Numbered from the stretch's first letter, positions 38,077 to 48,450 are shown. The stretch is DNA of 64,000 nucleotides from Candidatus Sericytochromatia bacterium (GCA_036676495.1 JAKFCT010000047.1:1-64000), one strand, 5' to 3'. Translations and numbers: made by a program. Notes: generated by a model not told the origin, from the sequence alone.

Positions 38077-38226
38077 GGTCCCGCCCTGAGGGTGAACCGG
38101 CTTTGACGGTCCCACTCTAACCGATCCGGCCCTACGTGCAAACAAGGTAGGAGGGCTTCTGAAGTCGCTCGGGTGGTGACAGGCCTCGCCCCCTCCCCCC
38201 ATGATGCGGTTCGGGAGGACAGGGCC

Positions 38227-39126
38227 GTGGAATGGCTGAGTCAATTTCCCTTGTCCGAGAACATCCGGATCCTAATCACGGTGGGGCTCGCGCTCCTGCT
38301 ATGGATCTGGTCCATGGGGGTCTCGCGCCTGGTCCAGCGCCACATGGCGGACGATACGCGTGGCTACACGGTTCGCAAGGTCGTCTCCTACACGGCCTTC
38401 GCGCTGTTCGTCTTCCTCGGCGCCGTCATCTGGCAGCGGCAGGTTCAAGGACTGTCCACCGTCCTGGGGCTGATCGGCGCGGGGATCGCCTTCTCGCTTC
38501 AAGAGGTGATCGCCTCGATCGCGGGATGGGCCATGATCACCTGGAATCGGACTTACCGGGTGGGCGATCGCGTCGAGATCGGGGGCATTCAAGGGGACGT
38601 CATCGATCTGGGCCTGATCCGCACCACCCTCATGGAGACGGGAGCCTGGGTCAGCGCCGACCAGCAAACGGGACGGGTCGTGACCATCTCCAACGCCACG
38701 GCCCTCCGACAGCCCGTCTTCAACTACACGGCGCACTTCCCGTACCTCTGGGACGGGCTCACCGTTCCGGTGACCTTCCGCAGCGACTGGGAGCTCGCCA
38801 TGCAGGTGATCTCTGACGAGGTCGAGCGCTTCCATGCGCGAATCCAAGGGCAAGCGGCCGAAACGCTGGCGCTGATGCGCAAGTCGTTTTACCTGCCGCG
38901 CTCCGAGGCGAAGCCGGGGGTCTACGTCCGGTTCACCGACGACTGGATCGAGATCTCCGTCCGCTACCTCGTGCCCTCGCGCGAACGGCGCATGGCCTCG
39001 AGCGAGCTGAGCCAGGCCATCCTGCGGCGCGTGCTGGCCGAACCCGGCATCACCCTCGCCTCGGAAACCATGCAGGTCAGCCTCTCGCGCCCGCCTGAGG
39101 CGCAGAAGAGGGGATCCGAGCGTTGA
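38227..39126 (+). CDS. MscS-family mechanosensitive channel
   Basis: GLIGAGIAFSLQE, YRVGDRVEIG..GDVIDLGLIRT, VFNYT. Confidence 0.9.
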   Translation: MEWLSQFPLSENIRILITVGLALLLWIWSMGVSRLVQRHMADDTRGYTVRKVVSYTAFALFVFLGAVIWQRQVQGLSTVLGLIGAGIAFSLQEVIASIAGWAMITWNRTYRVGDRVEIGGIQGDVIDLGLIRTTLMETGAWVSADQQTGRVVTISNATALRQPVFNYTAHFPYLWDGLTVPVTFRSDWELAMQVISDEVERFHARIQGQAAETLALMRKSFYLPRSEAKPGVYVRFTDDWIEISVRYLVPSRERRMASSELSQAILRRVLAEPGITLASETMQVSLSRPPEAQKRGSER

Positions 39127-39177
39127 ACGCATCAGGATGGCGGCGCGCCGGCAGAGGCGCTCCAAGGAGGCAGCAAG

Positions 39178-39435
39178 ATGGCGATGGATCCCATGCAAAC
39201 CCTGGAAGAGGCCGCTCAGCAGGTGATCAAGACGCTGTTCCGGATGTGCCGGGACACGCGCCTCCACCAGCAGAACGTCTCCGATCTCGCGCGCCAGATC
39301 CCGATGGACTTCGCCACCGCCAAGCGGGTCATCGCGATGCTGGAGCGGGAAGGTTACCTCGAGACCCTGACTTTCGGCCAGAAGGTCGCCTTCACCGACG
39401 CGGGGATCGTCATCGCCCAGCGGCTGATTCGCTAG
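39178..39435 (+). CDS. Small hypothetical protein, possible winged helix
   Basis: AAGGAGG RBS; VSDLARQI..TAKRVIAMLEREGYL..VAFTDAG pattern. Confidence 0.65.
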   Translation: MAMDPMQTLEEAAQQVIKTLFRMCRDTRLHQQNVSDLARQIPMDFATAKRVIAMLEREGYLETLTFGQKVAFTDAGIVIAQRLIR

Positions 39436-40816
39436 AGGCCTGGCGCGGGTTCTCGGGCATGCGCCCAGGGGCCGGCGCGGCGGGGACGACGCGCTGGACT
39501 TCGTCGCGTCCGAGCAGGTGCCTGCTCACTCCCTGGCAGACCGTATCGAGGTAGGCGTCCAGGTCGAAACCGGCCTCGAGCGGCAGGGAGGTCTCGAAGC
39601 GGAAGGTGTTGCGGGTGAAGTAGGGAAAGACCTCGTCGATGGCCCGCAGGCCCTTCATCAAGCGGCCGAGGCCGCGGGCCTGGCGGCGGCGGCCCAGGAG
39701 CCAGGCGGCTGCTTGCATGAGGCGAAGCGGCAGCTCGTGATGCAGGAGTAATGCCCAGCGCAAGCGCTTTCGGTCGGGTCCCATGTAGGCCAGGTAGGGG
39801 CGGGGCTGTCCTGGGCGGCCCGCGGGCGACGACGGGAAGTGGGGATCCCAGGAGGAGCGGGCCTGCAGGATCGTGGGGCTGTTCTCGAAGCCGGCGACGG
39901 CGTGAGCGATCGCCGGTGCGTCCGTCCGGGACCACGTCGGGTCGAAGGCCACGTGGAGCAGTCGTTCGACCACCGCATCGCAGGGGATGATGTCGAGCCG
40001 CGAGTCGAGTTCCGCCTGGAAGGCATGGAGGTAGCCCGCTCCGTAGAGCGAGACGAAGGCGGCATAGGCGGCCTTGCTGTCGATCCAGCCGGCGAAGGGG
40101 CGCGCCTGGCATGCGGCGATGATGCTGGGACGGAGGATCACGAGGGGAATGCCGTTCTGTCGTTTGGCGACGAGATTTTCGGCCAGGCACTTCGTGAAGG
40201 TATAGGTGTTGGAATGGCCGGTCTCGGCAAGCAGGGCCTTCTCGTCGGCCTCGCCGGCCCGGATGGCCGCATGCAGGGCCTCGGCGTCCATGGGGAGCGC
40301 GTGCAGGGTCTCGGGGATGCACACGTCGTCTCCCGCGTGCGGGGTGACGTAGGCGGTCGAGACGTAGATCATGGCCTGGAGGTCGGGGCAACTCCCGGCG
40401 AGGTCCAGCACGGCGAGCGTGCCGTCGACGTTGATCCGGGTGGCTTCCTCCAGGGGGAGGTTGAACTGGACGGAGGCTGCGCAGTGGAGGACGTGCGTGA
40501 GGCGGCTCTTCAGGAGGTCGCGGTCCGCGTCGGAGAGGCCGAGCCCCGGCTCGCAGATATCCCCCGAGAGGACGTGGCAGTAGGCCTGCCAACCCGGCGG
40601 CAGGTCCTGGAAGCAGGGGGCATGGGCCATCTCGGCGAAGCGCGCCTCGGGGCCGACGCCCTTGCGGGAACGGATCAGGGAATAAATGGCCGCGATGCCG
40701 AGCTCCTCGCGGCGGCGCAGGAGCTCGGCCAGGACGACCTTGCCGACGAAGCCCGTTCCCCCCGTCAGCAGGACATGGCGTTCGGCGTTGGGGTGCTGAT
40801 CTTCCCTGGCTTCCAT
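39410..40816 (-). CDS. Fatty acyl-CoA reductase-like extended SDR
   Basis: LTGGTGFVGK, HCAASVQF, VSTAYV, NTYTFTK, ILRPSII. Confidence 0.85.
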   Translation of the reverse strand: MEAREDQHPNAERHVLLTGGTGFVGKVVLAELLRRREELGIAAIYSLIRSRKGVGPEARFAEMAHAPCFQDLPPGWQAYCHVLSGDICEPGLGLSDADRDLLKSRLTHVLHCAASVQFNLPLEEATRINVDGTLAVLDLAGSCPDLQAMIYVSTAYVTPHAGDDVCIPETLHALPMDAEALHAAIRAGEADEKALLAETGHSNTYTFTKCLAENLVAKRQNGIPLVILRPSIIAACQARPFAGWIDSKAAYAAFVSLYGAGYLHAFQAELDSRLDIIPCDAVVERLLHVAFDPTWSRTDAPAIAHAVAGFENSPTILQARSSWDPHFPSSPAGRPGQPRPYLAYMGPDRKRLRWALLLHHELPLRLMQAAAWLLGRRRQARGLGRLMKGLRAIDEVFPYFTRNTFRFETSLPLEAGFDLDAYLDTVCQGVSRHLLGRDEVQRVVPAAPAPGRMPENPRQASSESAAGR

Positions 40817-40987
40817 TCATTCTCCTGCGGGCGTGGGTGGCATCTCTCAATGTCGTACCCACGATCCGGCCTTGCGAAGCCCCCTCCGGCCGTCGGATCG
40901 CGGCCGCGCGCGGTTCGTCGGTCGGCCAGGCGGGCCGGTCGGGTACAATGTAGCCGTTGCCAAGCGCTTCATGCAGAAAGGACGCTC

Positions 40988-41431
40988 ATGCCCAGCATCG
41001 CCCTGATCCCGCACCTGATCGTGACGAACGGCCCCGAGGCCCTCGCGTTCTACAAGAAGGCCCTGGGAGCCGTCGAGGCCTACCCCGCCAACCTCACGCC
41101 CGATGGCCAGAAAGTGGTCCACGCGGAGCTGCGGATCGGAGACGCCACCTTGTACCTTTGCGACGACTTCACCGCGGAGCAGAACCGCAACCCTCAGGCG
41201 CTCGGCGGCAGCCCGGTGACCCTGAACCTGACCGTCGACGATGCCGACGCCCTCTTCGAGCGCGCGGTCCAGGCCGGAGGGGTCGTCACCATGCCGATGC
41301 AGGACACCTTCTGGGGGGCGCGCTACGGCAAGTTCAACGACCCCTCGGGGCATGAATGGTCCATCAACCAGCAGGTCCGCACGGTGGACCCCGCGGAGCT
41401 CAAGCAGGCCTCTGACGCCTACTTCGGCTAG
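40988..41431 (+). CDS. VOC/PhnB-like glyoxalase family protein
   Basis: FYKKALGA, HAELRIGD, FWGARYG..DPSGHEW. Confidence 0.9.
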   Translation: MPSIALIPHLIVTNGPEALAFYKKALGAVEAYPANLTPDGQKVVHAELRIGDATLYLCDDFTAEQNRNPQALGGSPVTLNLTVDDADALFERAVQAGGVVTMPMQDTFWGARYGKFNDPSGHEWSINQQVRTVDPAELKQASDAYFG

Positions 41432-41443
41432 TCTTCCCTGTGT

Positions 41444-42031
41444 TCAAGGCGCGGCCGTGCCGTCCGTCGCGGGACGGCGCAGGCCGCGGATGAAGCTTTC
41501 CATCAGGTAGCGGAAGCTCGATTCGATGTCGACCGGCATGCCGAAGCCGCCTCCCGCCTCCAGGGCGACGAAGCCATGGACGACGCTGCGCAGGCCCCGG
41601 ATGGCATGCAGGCGCTCGCGCTCGGCCAGGCCGAACGGCACGAGCACGGCCTGGATGGTCTCCAGGATCTCGGCGCTGGCCGCTTCGAGGGCATGCTGCG
41701 TCGGGTCGGGAGCCTGGATGAGCAGCGGCATGATGCCCGGATGCTCCTTGGCGAAGGAGCGGTAGGCCTGCGCGATCGCCATGACGGCCTCGTCGCCCGA
41801 CTTGCCGACCGCAGCCCGGCTCATTTGCCGTCCCAGCTCGCGGACTCCCCAGAGGGCGATGCCCTGATGCAGGCCCTCCAGGCCCGAGATATGCTTGTAG
41901 AGAGAGGGCGAGCGCACGCCGAGCCGCTCGGCGAGACGCGCGAGGCTTAGCGCTCCGATGCCCTCCTCGTCGATCAGAGCGACGGCCTCCTGGATCAGGA
42001 GGTCTTCGCTCAGGCCCGCCTTACGAACCAT
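41444..42031 (-). CDS. TetR-family regulator (WHG-type C-terminus)
   Basis: LAERLGVRSPSLYKH HTH; RSVVHGFVALE. Confidence 0.9.
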   Translation of the reverse strand: MVRKAGLSEDLLIQEAVALIDEEGIGALSLARLAERLGVRSPSLYKHISGLEGLHQGIALWGVRELGRQMSRAAVGKSGDEAVMAIAQAYRSFAKEHPGIMPLLIQAPDPTQHALEAASAEILETIQAVLVPFGLAERERLHAIRGLRSVVHGFVALEAGGGFGMPVDIESSFRYLMESFIRGLRRPATDGTAAP

Positions 42032-42998
42032 GGCGGGCTCCCTTCCAGACCTTGCCCAGGAAGTGATTGATCGGGGCGGCCGTCGCGTCGGGCATCTCGG
42101 CGTGGGGGTAGTGGCCGGCCTCCGGGATGATCTGAAGTTCGCCATCCAGCGAGGCAGCGATCCGGCGGCCTTCTCCCGCGGGATCGGGGAAATCGGGGTC
42201 CTTGGAGCCCATCACGACGAGCACCGGGGTCTTGACCTGGGAGAGGCGGGCCTCGGAAGCGGCCTTCGAGGAGGAAACCATCTCACGGAAGGCCTTCAGG
42301 CGACCGGGCTCCGCGAGATTGTCGCGCAGGGCAGCCTGGTAGGCATCAAAGTCCTCGGGCTTGGAGGTCGGGTAGAGGGAGGCGTAGAAATTAGCCCAAA
42401 GGGACGGGCCCCAGGGGTTGAAGAAGGGCAAGCTCATGAGGCGCGCCTTCCAGAGGGGGCCGTGGTCGCGGACGAAGGCCCCGACGAGCACGAGTCCCTT
42501 GACGGCTTCCGGGTCCTCGGCCGCGGCCCAGACGGCGGCTCCAGCCGCGAGCGACGTGCCGACCACGGTGACGGGGCCGGCATTCAGGTGGCGAGCCAGC
42601 GCGACGATGTCCGCGCCGACGCCGACCACGGAGTAATCGGGCCAGGAGACGCTGGACTCGCCCATGCCGCGCAGGTCCATGGTGACCACGCGGTAGCCCG
42701 AGGCGACGAGCTTGGGAGCGAGCAGGCGGTATTCCTGGCGGCGATCGCCCAGGCTGGGGACGCAGAGGACGACGGGGCCCGAGCCCTGGGAGTCGTAGGC
42801 GATCCGGCCCTCGGGGCGGTTCAAGAACTGGGTGGTCATGGCGTGCTCCTTCACGGACGCGTCGGGCGAAGCGGCCGCCGTGGCTTCCAGCGATCCCGCC
42901 AGAAACGGGGACGCTCCCAGGGCGGTGGCGAGTGCCAGCCGGGTCCAGCGGCCGAGGAGCGGAAACCGGAGCGGCTTGCGGGCGAGACTCATGGACAT
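42021..42998 (-). CDS. Alpha/beta hydrolase
   Basis: DLRGMGES, nucleophile elbow GTSLA, GSKDPDF, GHYPH; alternative start 42839. Confidence 0.9.
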   Translation of the reverse strand: MSMSLARKPLRFPLLGRWTRLALATALGASPFLAGSLEATAAASPDASVKEHAMTTQFLNRPEGRIAYDSQGSGPVVLCVPSLGDRRQEYRLLAPKLVASGYRVVTMDLRGMGESSVSWPDYSVVGVGADIVALARHLNAGPVTVVGTSLAAGAAVWAAAEDPEAVKGLVLVGAFVRDHGPLWKARLMSLPFFNPWGPSLWANFYASLYPTSKPEDFDAYQAALRDNLAEPGRLKAFREMVSSSKAASEARLSQVKTPVLVVMGSKDPDFPDPAGEGRRIAASLDGELQIIPEAGHYPHAEMPDATAAPINHFLGKVWKGARHGS

Positions 42999-43028
42999 GG
43001 CGATCCTCCAGGGCTTCAGCAGGGTTTA

Positions 43029-43063
43029 GCTAACACAATTAGCTTAAAGCTAATTGTGTTAGC
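43029..43063 (-). promoter_or_regulatory. 35-bp palindromic operator overlapping a sigma70-type promoter
   Basis: GCTAACACAATTAGCTT-A-AAGCTAATTGTGTTAGC; minus strand TTGACG-17-TAAGCT. Confidence 0.8.
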
Positions 43064-43110
43064 CGTCAAGCATGTTTTTCGGCCCCTGAGGGTGCCAGAT
43101 GCCTGAGGGC

Positions 43111-44121
43111 CTAGGCCTCGGGCATGGTGACGATCACCTTCCCCTTGGCGTGTCCCTCCTCGAGGTAGCGGAGGGCCGCGTCGATCTCGTCGAACGGAAA
43201 GACCCGATCGATCACCACCTCCAGCTTGCCCTGGTCGATGAGGTTGGCCAGCTCGGCCAGCTCCCCGCCGCTCGCGTGCATGAACTTGTAGCGGTAGCGC
43301 ACCCCGCGCGCCCGCGCCTGCATCCGCGACTTGAGGCTGGTCAGCCAGAAAAGCAGCTCCATGGCCTTCCCGGCCCGAAGATCCTTGCGGGCGGTTTCCG
43401 GCTCGGGCGGGCCGGCGATCGAGACGACCAGGCCTCCGGGCTTCACCACGTCGAAGCATGCCGACAGCGTGTCTCCGCCTATCAGATCCAGCGCTCCGTC
43501 CTGGTCATTCAGCACGTCCTGAAAACGCTCCCGGGTGTAATCGATGACGCGATCGGCCCCCAGGCGGCGGACGAGCTCCTCGCCCCGCGGAGAGGCCGTC
43601 GTGGTGACATGCGCACCGAGCCACTTGGCGAGCTGGATGGCGAACGTCCCCACCCCTCCGGCTCCCCCGGCGATGAAGAGGCGCGTCCCGCGCCCCGCCT
43701 GCAATTCGTCGCGGACGCATTGCAATGCCGTGAGTCCCGCGAGCGGAACGCCGGCGGCGGTCGGGAAATCGAGGGTCGCGGGCATCCGGGCGACCAAGCT
43801 CTCGTCGATGCAGACGTACTCGGCAAAGGCGCCGTAGGCCTTTTTGGCCACGCGCGCGAAGACCCGGTCCCCCACGCTGAAGCGGGTCACCCCATCACCG
43901 ACCGACTCGACGACGCCCGAGAACTCGTTTCCCATGATGAGGGGCAGCTCCAAGTGCTGGATGGCTCTCAATTGCCCTCGCCGGACCTTGTAGTCCAGCG
44001 GGTTGAGCCCCGCGGCATGCACCCGAACCCGGATCTCGCGGGGCCGAGGCTCGGGAAGCGGCATCTCTCGGAACTCGGATCGCTCCGGCCCGCCGTACTG
44101 GGTAAAGACAAAGGCGCGCAT
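43111..44121 (-). CDS. NADP-dependent oxidoreductase (MDR/quinone reductase-like)
   Basis: AGLNPLD, GAFAEY, GGAGGVG, GHAKGKVI. Confidence 0.92.
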   Translation of the reverse strand: MRAFVFTQYGGPERSEFREMPLPEPRPREIRVRVHAAGLNPLDYKVRRGQLRAIQHLELPLIMGNEFSGVVESVGDGVTRFSVGDRVFARVAKKAYGAFAEYVCIDESLVARMPATLDFPTAAGVPLAGLTALQCVRDELQAGRGTRLFIAGGAGGVGTFAIQLAKWLGAHVTTTASPRGEELVRRLGADRVIDYTRERFQDVLNDQDGALDLIGGDTLSACFDVVKPGGLVVSIAGPPEPETARKDLRAGKAMELLFWLTSLKSRMQARARGVRYRYKFMHASGGELAELANLIDQGKLEVVIDRVFPFDEIDAALRYLEEGHAKGKVIVTMPEA

Positions 44122-44247
44122 GGTTCCCCTTTCGTCTCGGCTCTACGCCGGGCTCCCGGTCTCCGGGCTTCCCGGCTCTCTCGTCACGCCATCGTACTGG
44201 CTGACGTTCCCTCGGTCCAGGGACGAGACTGACGTCGGGGGGACGCG

Positions 44248-44883
44248 CTAGGAGACGCCCCCCGCCCGTCCCGCACAGGAAGCCGATCCCAGCCATGTAT
44301 GGGGGTTTCCCGCCCAGCACCAGCCGAGTTTCGGACGGCGATCGCTGATCCACAGGGCGGGAACGCGGCGATCGCCGGAGCGGGAGCCGACCAGCGAGAA
44401 GCAATGGTTCTTCTTCAGGGCCTCGGGGTGATGGGTGAGCAGGGCGATCCCTTCCTCCACGGTCAAGGGCGTGCGCTGCCGGGAGCGGATCGCGACCAGC
44501 GCGTCGTCCGGCGTGACGTTGCGAAACTCCGAGCCGGTCTCCAGGCCGAAGACCAGGTAGGCGGCGCCGGCGGGCACCCCCAGCTCGTCGAGCGGCTTGA
44601 AGGTCTCGAGCCCGCCCGGACGGAAGTCGATGAACCCCGCGCGGTCTTTCAACTGGGTGATCGCCATCGCCGGCTCCAGCGGCACCCAGTCCTGCGGGAT
44701 GACGATGACGAACGGGAAGCCCCCGTCATCGGCCGGCCAAACGAGCCCTTCGAGGGCTTGCCTGAGGGGCTCGAGCCGCGACGCGAAGGCCTCGGCGGTC
44801 ATCCCGGCGATCGCCGGGTAACCTTTCTGGATCAGCGTTTGAACTTGCCGGTCGAATTCTTCCATGGGCGTGGGCGCGCGCAT
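44248..44883 (-). CDS. DUF5701-like protein
   Basis: EFDRQV..KGYP, RTPLTVEEGIAL, GDRRVPALWIS..PKLGWCWAGNPHTWLG (family recalled). Confidence 0.7.
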   Translation of the reverse strand: MRAPTPMEEFDRQVQTLIQKGYPAIAGMTAEAFASRLEPLRQALEGLVWPADDGGFPFVIVIPQDWVPLEPAMAITQLKDRAGFIDFRPGGLETFKPLDELGVPAGAAYLVFGLETGSEFRNVTPDDALVAIRSRQRTPLTVEEGIALLTHHPEALKKNHCFSLVGSRSGDRRVPALWISDRRPKLGWCWAGNPHTWLGSASCAGRAGGVS

Positions 44884-45056
44884 CGGGCCTCCTGACGGAT
44901 CGACGGAACGGGCTGAACCTCTCCTATACCCGCCCGCGCCCAAGCGCGATCGGCGATCGGCCCGAAAGGGCGCCTTGACAAGCTCCTTCCCCGATCTCTA
45001 AGGTGGAGCGAATGATGAGACGACCCGGTCTCGCGTCCGCCGAAAGCAGGTAGGCC

Positions 45057-46055
45057 ATGATCCCCGTTTCCATTCTCGATCTCGCCCCCGTCGTCGAAGG
45101 CGGCACCGTCGCCCAGTCGCTGCACCACTCGCTCGACCTGGCGCAGCACGCCGAACGCTGGGGCTATCACCGCTACTGGGTGGCCGAGCACCACAACTTC
45201 CCGGGAGTCGCGAGCGCGGCCACCGCGCTCGTGATCGGCTACCTCGCCGGAGGCACCTCGACCCTGCGCGTCGGGGCCGGCGGCATCATGCTGCCCAACC
45301 ACGCGCCGCTGGTGGTCGCCGAGCAGTTCGGCACGCTGGAGTCCCTTTACCCCGGCCGGATCGACCTCGGTCTGGGCCGCGCGCCCGGCACGGATCAGCT
45401 CACGGCCCACGCCCTGCGCCGCACCCTCCGCGGCAGCTCCGACGACTTCCCGCAGGACGTCCTCGAGCTTCAGGGCTACTTCCGCCCCGCGGTCCCCGGC
45501 CAGCGGGTCCAGGCCGTCCCGGGAGCCGGCACCCAGGTTCCCATCTGGCTGCTGGGCTCGAGCCTGTTCAGTGCGCGCCTGGCGGCCCACCTCGGCCTGC
45601 CCTACGCGTTCGCCTCGCACTTCGCCCCGGATTTCCTCCTGGCTGCGCTTCAGCTCTACCGCGCCGAGTTCCGGCCCTCCGAAACCCTGAGCAAGCCCCA
45701 TACGATGGTGGCGGTCAACGTCTTCACGGCCGATACCGACGCCGAGGCCTGGCGGATCTCCACCTCGGTCCAGCAGATGTTCGCGGCGCTGCGCCACGGC
45801 CGTCCCGGCCTACTGCAGCCTCCCCTCGACGGGCCGATCGTGCCCCTTGAGGAGCGGGCGGAAGCCCTCGCCAACGGGCCGCTCGCCGTCTCGGTCATCG
45901 GGACCGCGGAGACGGTTCGTTCCGGCCTGGAGGCCCTGATCGCGCGCACCGGCGCCGACGAGCTCATCGTGGCCGCCCAGATCTTCGATCATCAGGCCCG
46001 CCTGCGCTCGCATGAGATCGTCGCGCAGGTCATGCAGGCCTCCACCCCCGTCTAG
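45057..46055 (+). CDS. Luciferase-like (LLM) flavin-dependent oxidoreductase, YhbW-type
   Basis: [29 protein letters not shown]. Confidence 0.93.
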   Translation: MIPVSILDLAPVVEGGTVAQSLHHSLDLAQHAERWGYHRYWVAEHHNFPGVASAATALVIGYLAGGTSTLRVGAGGIMLPNHAPLVVAEQFGTLESLYPGRIDLGLGRAPGTDQLTAHALRRTLRGSSDDFPQDVLELQGYFRPAVPGQRVQAVPGAGTQVPIWLLGSSLFSARLAAHLGLPYAFASHFAPDFLLAALQLYRAEFRPSETLSKPHTMVAVNVFTADTDAEAWRISTSVQQMFAALRHGRPGLLQPPLDGPIVPLEERAEALANGPLAVSVIGTAETVRSGLEALIARTGADELIVAAQIFDHQARLRSHEIVAQVMQASTPV

Positions 46056-46102
46056 CGGGAGCGCCCGCGCGCTAGCGCCTGCGGCTAGAGTTTGGAATGC
46101 GG

Positions 46103-47248
46103 CTAGGGTTGGGAGAGCGGCGCGTCGGAGCTCGGCGCGGCCGGGGCCGTCGGGTACGCGACGCACGGGATGCGCCGTTGAATCGCCTCGAACTCGGCTT
46201 CCTGCTCGGGCGTCACCAGCATGATCGTCTTGCCGACGTTGCCGTTCCGCGCCGTCCGGCCGCTCCGGTGGATGTAGGTGTCGACCACGGCCGGCAGGGA
46301 GTAATGGAAGACGTGGCTGAGCCCCTCGATATCGAGGCCGCGCGCCGCCAGATCGGTGGCCACGAGCAGGGTCACCTCCCCGTTGCGGAAGCGCGCGAGC
46401 ACCTTGTTGCGATCCACCTGCGGCATGTTGCCGTTGAGGAAGGCGACCTTGAAATCGCCCTTCTGCGTGAGCCATTGCGCGAGGTGCTCGGTCTCATGCT
46501 TCATCTCCGTGAAGAGGATGGCGCGCTCGGGCTTCTCGGCCCGCAGCAGGGAGACCAGGCGAGCGAAACGCTTCTTTCGGGGAACGCGCAGGTACCAGTG
46601 ACTGAGCTCGGCGGGAGCCTCCTCAGGGCCTGCGAGCGTCACCCGGACAGGGTTCGTCATCTGCTTGCGCACGAGCCGGGTGACCTCCGGAGACATGGTC
46701 GCCGAGAGGAGCAGCGTTTGCTCGCGCCTCCCGGTCTCGTGGAGCAGGAAGTCCATGTCCTTGCGAAAGCCCATGTCGACCATGCGATCGGCCTCGTCGA
46801 GCACCAGGATGCGGATGCCGCTCAGGTCGAGGCTGTCGCGCTCGGCCAGGTCCTTGAGGCGTCCCGGCGTTCCCACGATGAGGTCCTGGCCGCCTTGAAC
46901 GGCCTTGCGCTGCTGGCGCAGGCTCATGCCTCCGTAGAGGGCGACGACGCGCAGGCCGCAGGCTTCGCCGGCCTTGGCGATCGCCTCGCTGATCTGCACC
47001 GCCAGCTCGCGCGTCGGGACCACCACCATGGCCTGGGGCCGGGGGCCCGGCTTCAGCAGGGAGAGCAGGGGCAAGCCGTAGGCCAGGGTCTTGCCCGAGC
47101 CCGTCTTGGCCTGGATGATGGCATCGCGGCGAGCCAGGATGTGCGGGATCGCCTCCCGCTGCACCGGGGTCGGCTCGGTGAAGCCCATGGCCGCGAGGCC
47201 CTCGAGGACGGCCGGCCGGAGCGCATGGGGTTCGAAGTGGAAAGTCAA
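46103..47248 (-). CDS. DEAD-box RNA helicase
   Basis: PTPVQ, AKTGSGKT, PTRELA, DEAD, SAT, ARGLD, HRSGRTAR; TTG start approximate. Confidence 0.93.
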   Translation of the reverse strand: MTFHFEPHALRPAVLEGLAAMGFTEPTPVQREAIPHILARRDAIIQAKTGSGKTLAYGLPLLSLLKPGPRPQAMVVVPTRELAVQISEAIAKAGEACGLRVVALYGGMSLRQQRKAVQGGQDLIVGTPGRLKDLAERDSLDLSGIRILVLDEADRMVDMGFRKDMDFLLHETGRREQTLLLSATMSPEVTRLVRKQMTNPVRVTLAGPEEAPAELSHWYLRVPRKKRFARLVSLLRAEKPERAILFTEMKHETEHLAQWLTQKGDFKVAFLNGNMPQVDRNKVLARFRNGEVTLLVATDLAARGLDIEGLSHVFHYSLPAVVDTYIHRSGRTARNGNVGKTIMLVTPEQEAEFEAIQRRIPCVAYPTAPAAPSSDAPLSQP

Positions 47249-47433
47249 CGAGGGTCCTTTCGATCGGCAAACGGGGCTTGGAAAAATGAACGGGGACGAA
47301 GCGCGCTTCGTCCCCTCCTCCGATTCAATCAGGTCGCGGGTGGCGGGGTCAAGCCCCGGCCCCACCCAACGCATCGGCGCACGAAAAGGAAGAGGGCCTG
47401 ATTGTAGCTTGGTTCTCAGAGGCGCAAACCCAG

Positions 47434-47982
47434 CTAGGCCAAGGTGCTGTAGAGCTTCACATCCCGGTAAGTCCCATGCTTGAACCAATAGCCCCTGAGG
47501 ATCCCTTCGAAGGCCAGCCCGACCTTTTGCAGCACCCGCTCTGAGGCCACATTCTCCACCATGCACTTGGCCTCGATGCGATGGAGCCCCATGTCCCGAA
47601 ACCCAAACTCGACGACGGCCTTGGCCGCTTCGGTCGCCAAGCCTTGCCCCCAATACCGACGAGACAACGAATAGCCGAACTCAGCGCGCGCATGCGCGTC
47701 ATCCCAAGCGTCGAAGCCCGTAGCCCCGATGAGCTGCTGCGTCTCCTTCAAGACGATCGCCCAAGGCACGGGCAGATTCATGCGAGCCTTCTCGATCAAG
47801 GCCTCGATGAGAGCCCTGGAATCCTCCGGTGCCTCCGGGGAGGACCATGTCGTGAACTGCGAAACCATGGGATCGGAGGCATAGTCGAAGACGTCCGGGA
47901 CGTCCTCCCGCAGGAAGGGGCGGAGCATCAGACGGGGCGTCTCGAGTCTGGGTAGCGCCGTGAAAATCAAGGATCTAGGCAT
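47434..47982 (-). CDS. RimJ/RimL-family GNAT N-acetyltransferase
   Basis: LETPRLMLR, YWGQGLATEA, ENVASERVLQKVG. Confidence 0.9.
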   Translation of the reverse strand: MPRSLIFTALPRLETPRLMLRPFLREDVPDVFDYASDPMVSQFTTWSSPEAPEDSRALIEALIEKARMNLPVPWAIVLKETQQLIGATGFDAWDDAHARAEFGYSLSRRYWGQGLATEAAKAVVEFGFRDMGLHRIEAKCMVENVASERVLQKVGLAFEGILRGYWFKHGTYRDVKLYSTLA

Positions 47983-48057
47983 TCAGAGGCCCCGTCGATT
48001 CATCGTCCCTCCTTGGGAAGTCCTGGCCGTGTGACAGCCAGGCAAGGCTGCAACGGA

Positions 48058-48405
48058 TCACTTCAGCTTGACGATGGCGCTTTCCAGCGTATCGGCGAAG
48101 ATCACCTGGCCCCGCTGGTTGCTCTCGACGATGAAGTCCCGGAGGCTCCGGCTCTCCACCTCCGTGAAGTCCCCCAGGATGATCAGCCGCATGCGGTAGT
48201 TGGAGACTTTCTGAAGCATGTCGCCCGCGACCCCGGTCCGCAGGTCGAAGAAGGGCTCGTCCAGGTCAGCGGCATCGAGGGCCACCGTGTCGCTCGGGCC
48301 GTTCATCAGGACCTCGAGCAGGTCAGAGCCCGTCCGAAGCGGAGCAGGGAGTTCCGCGATCCGGGAGATGTCGCCCTTCGGACTCGCCACGAGCGTTGCC
48401 TTCAT
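48058..48405 (-). CDS. DUF4180-family protein
   Basis: FFDLRTGVAGDMLQKVSNY, SLRDFIVESN. Confidence 0.85.
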   Translation of the reverse strand: MKATLVASPKGDISRIAELPAPLRTGSDLLEVLMNGPSDTVALDAADLDEPFFDLRTGVAGDMLQKVSNYRMRLIILGDFTEVESRSLRDFIVESNQRGQVIFADTLESAIVKLK

Positions 48406-48450
48406 GCAGTCTCCTTCGATTCGAGGCGGAGTCGCTCCGCCCTGGCCGTC

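Noticed and set aside
46103-47653. 135-aa N-terminal extension of the DEAD-box helicase
   Set aside because: It overlaps the GNAT gene and a structured intergenic region; homology begins near 47248.
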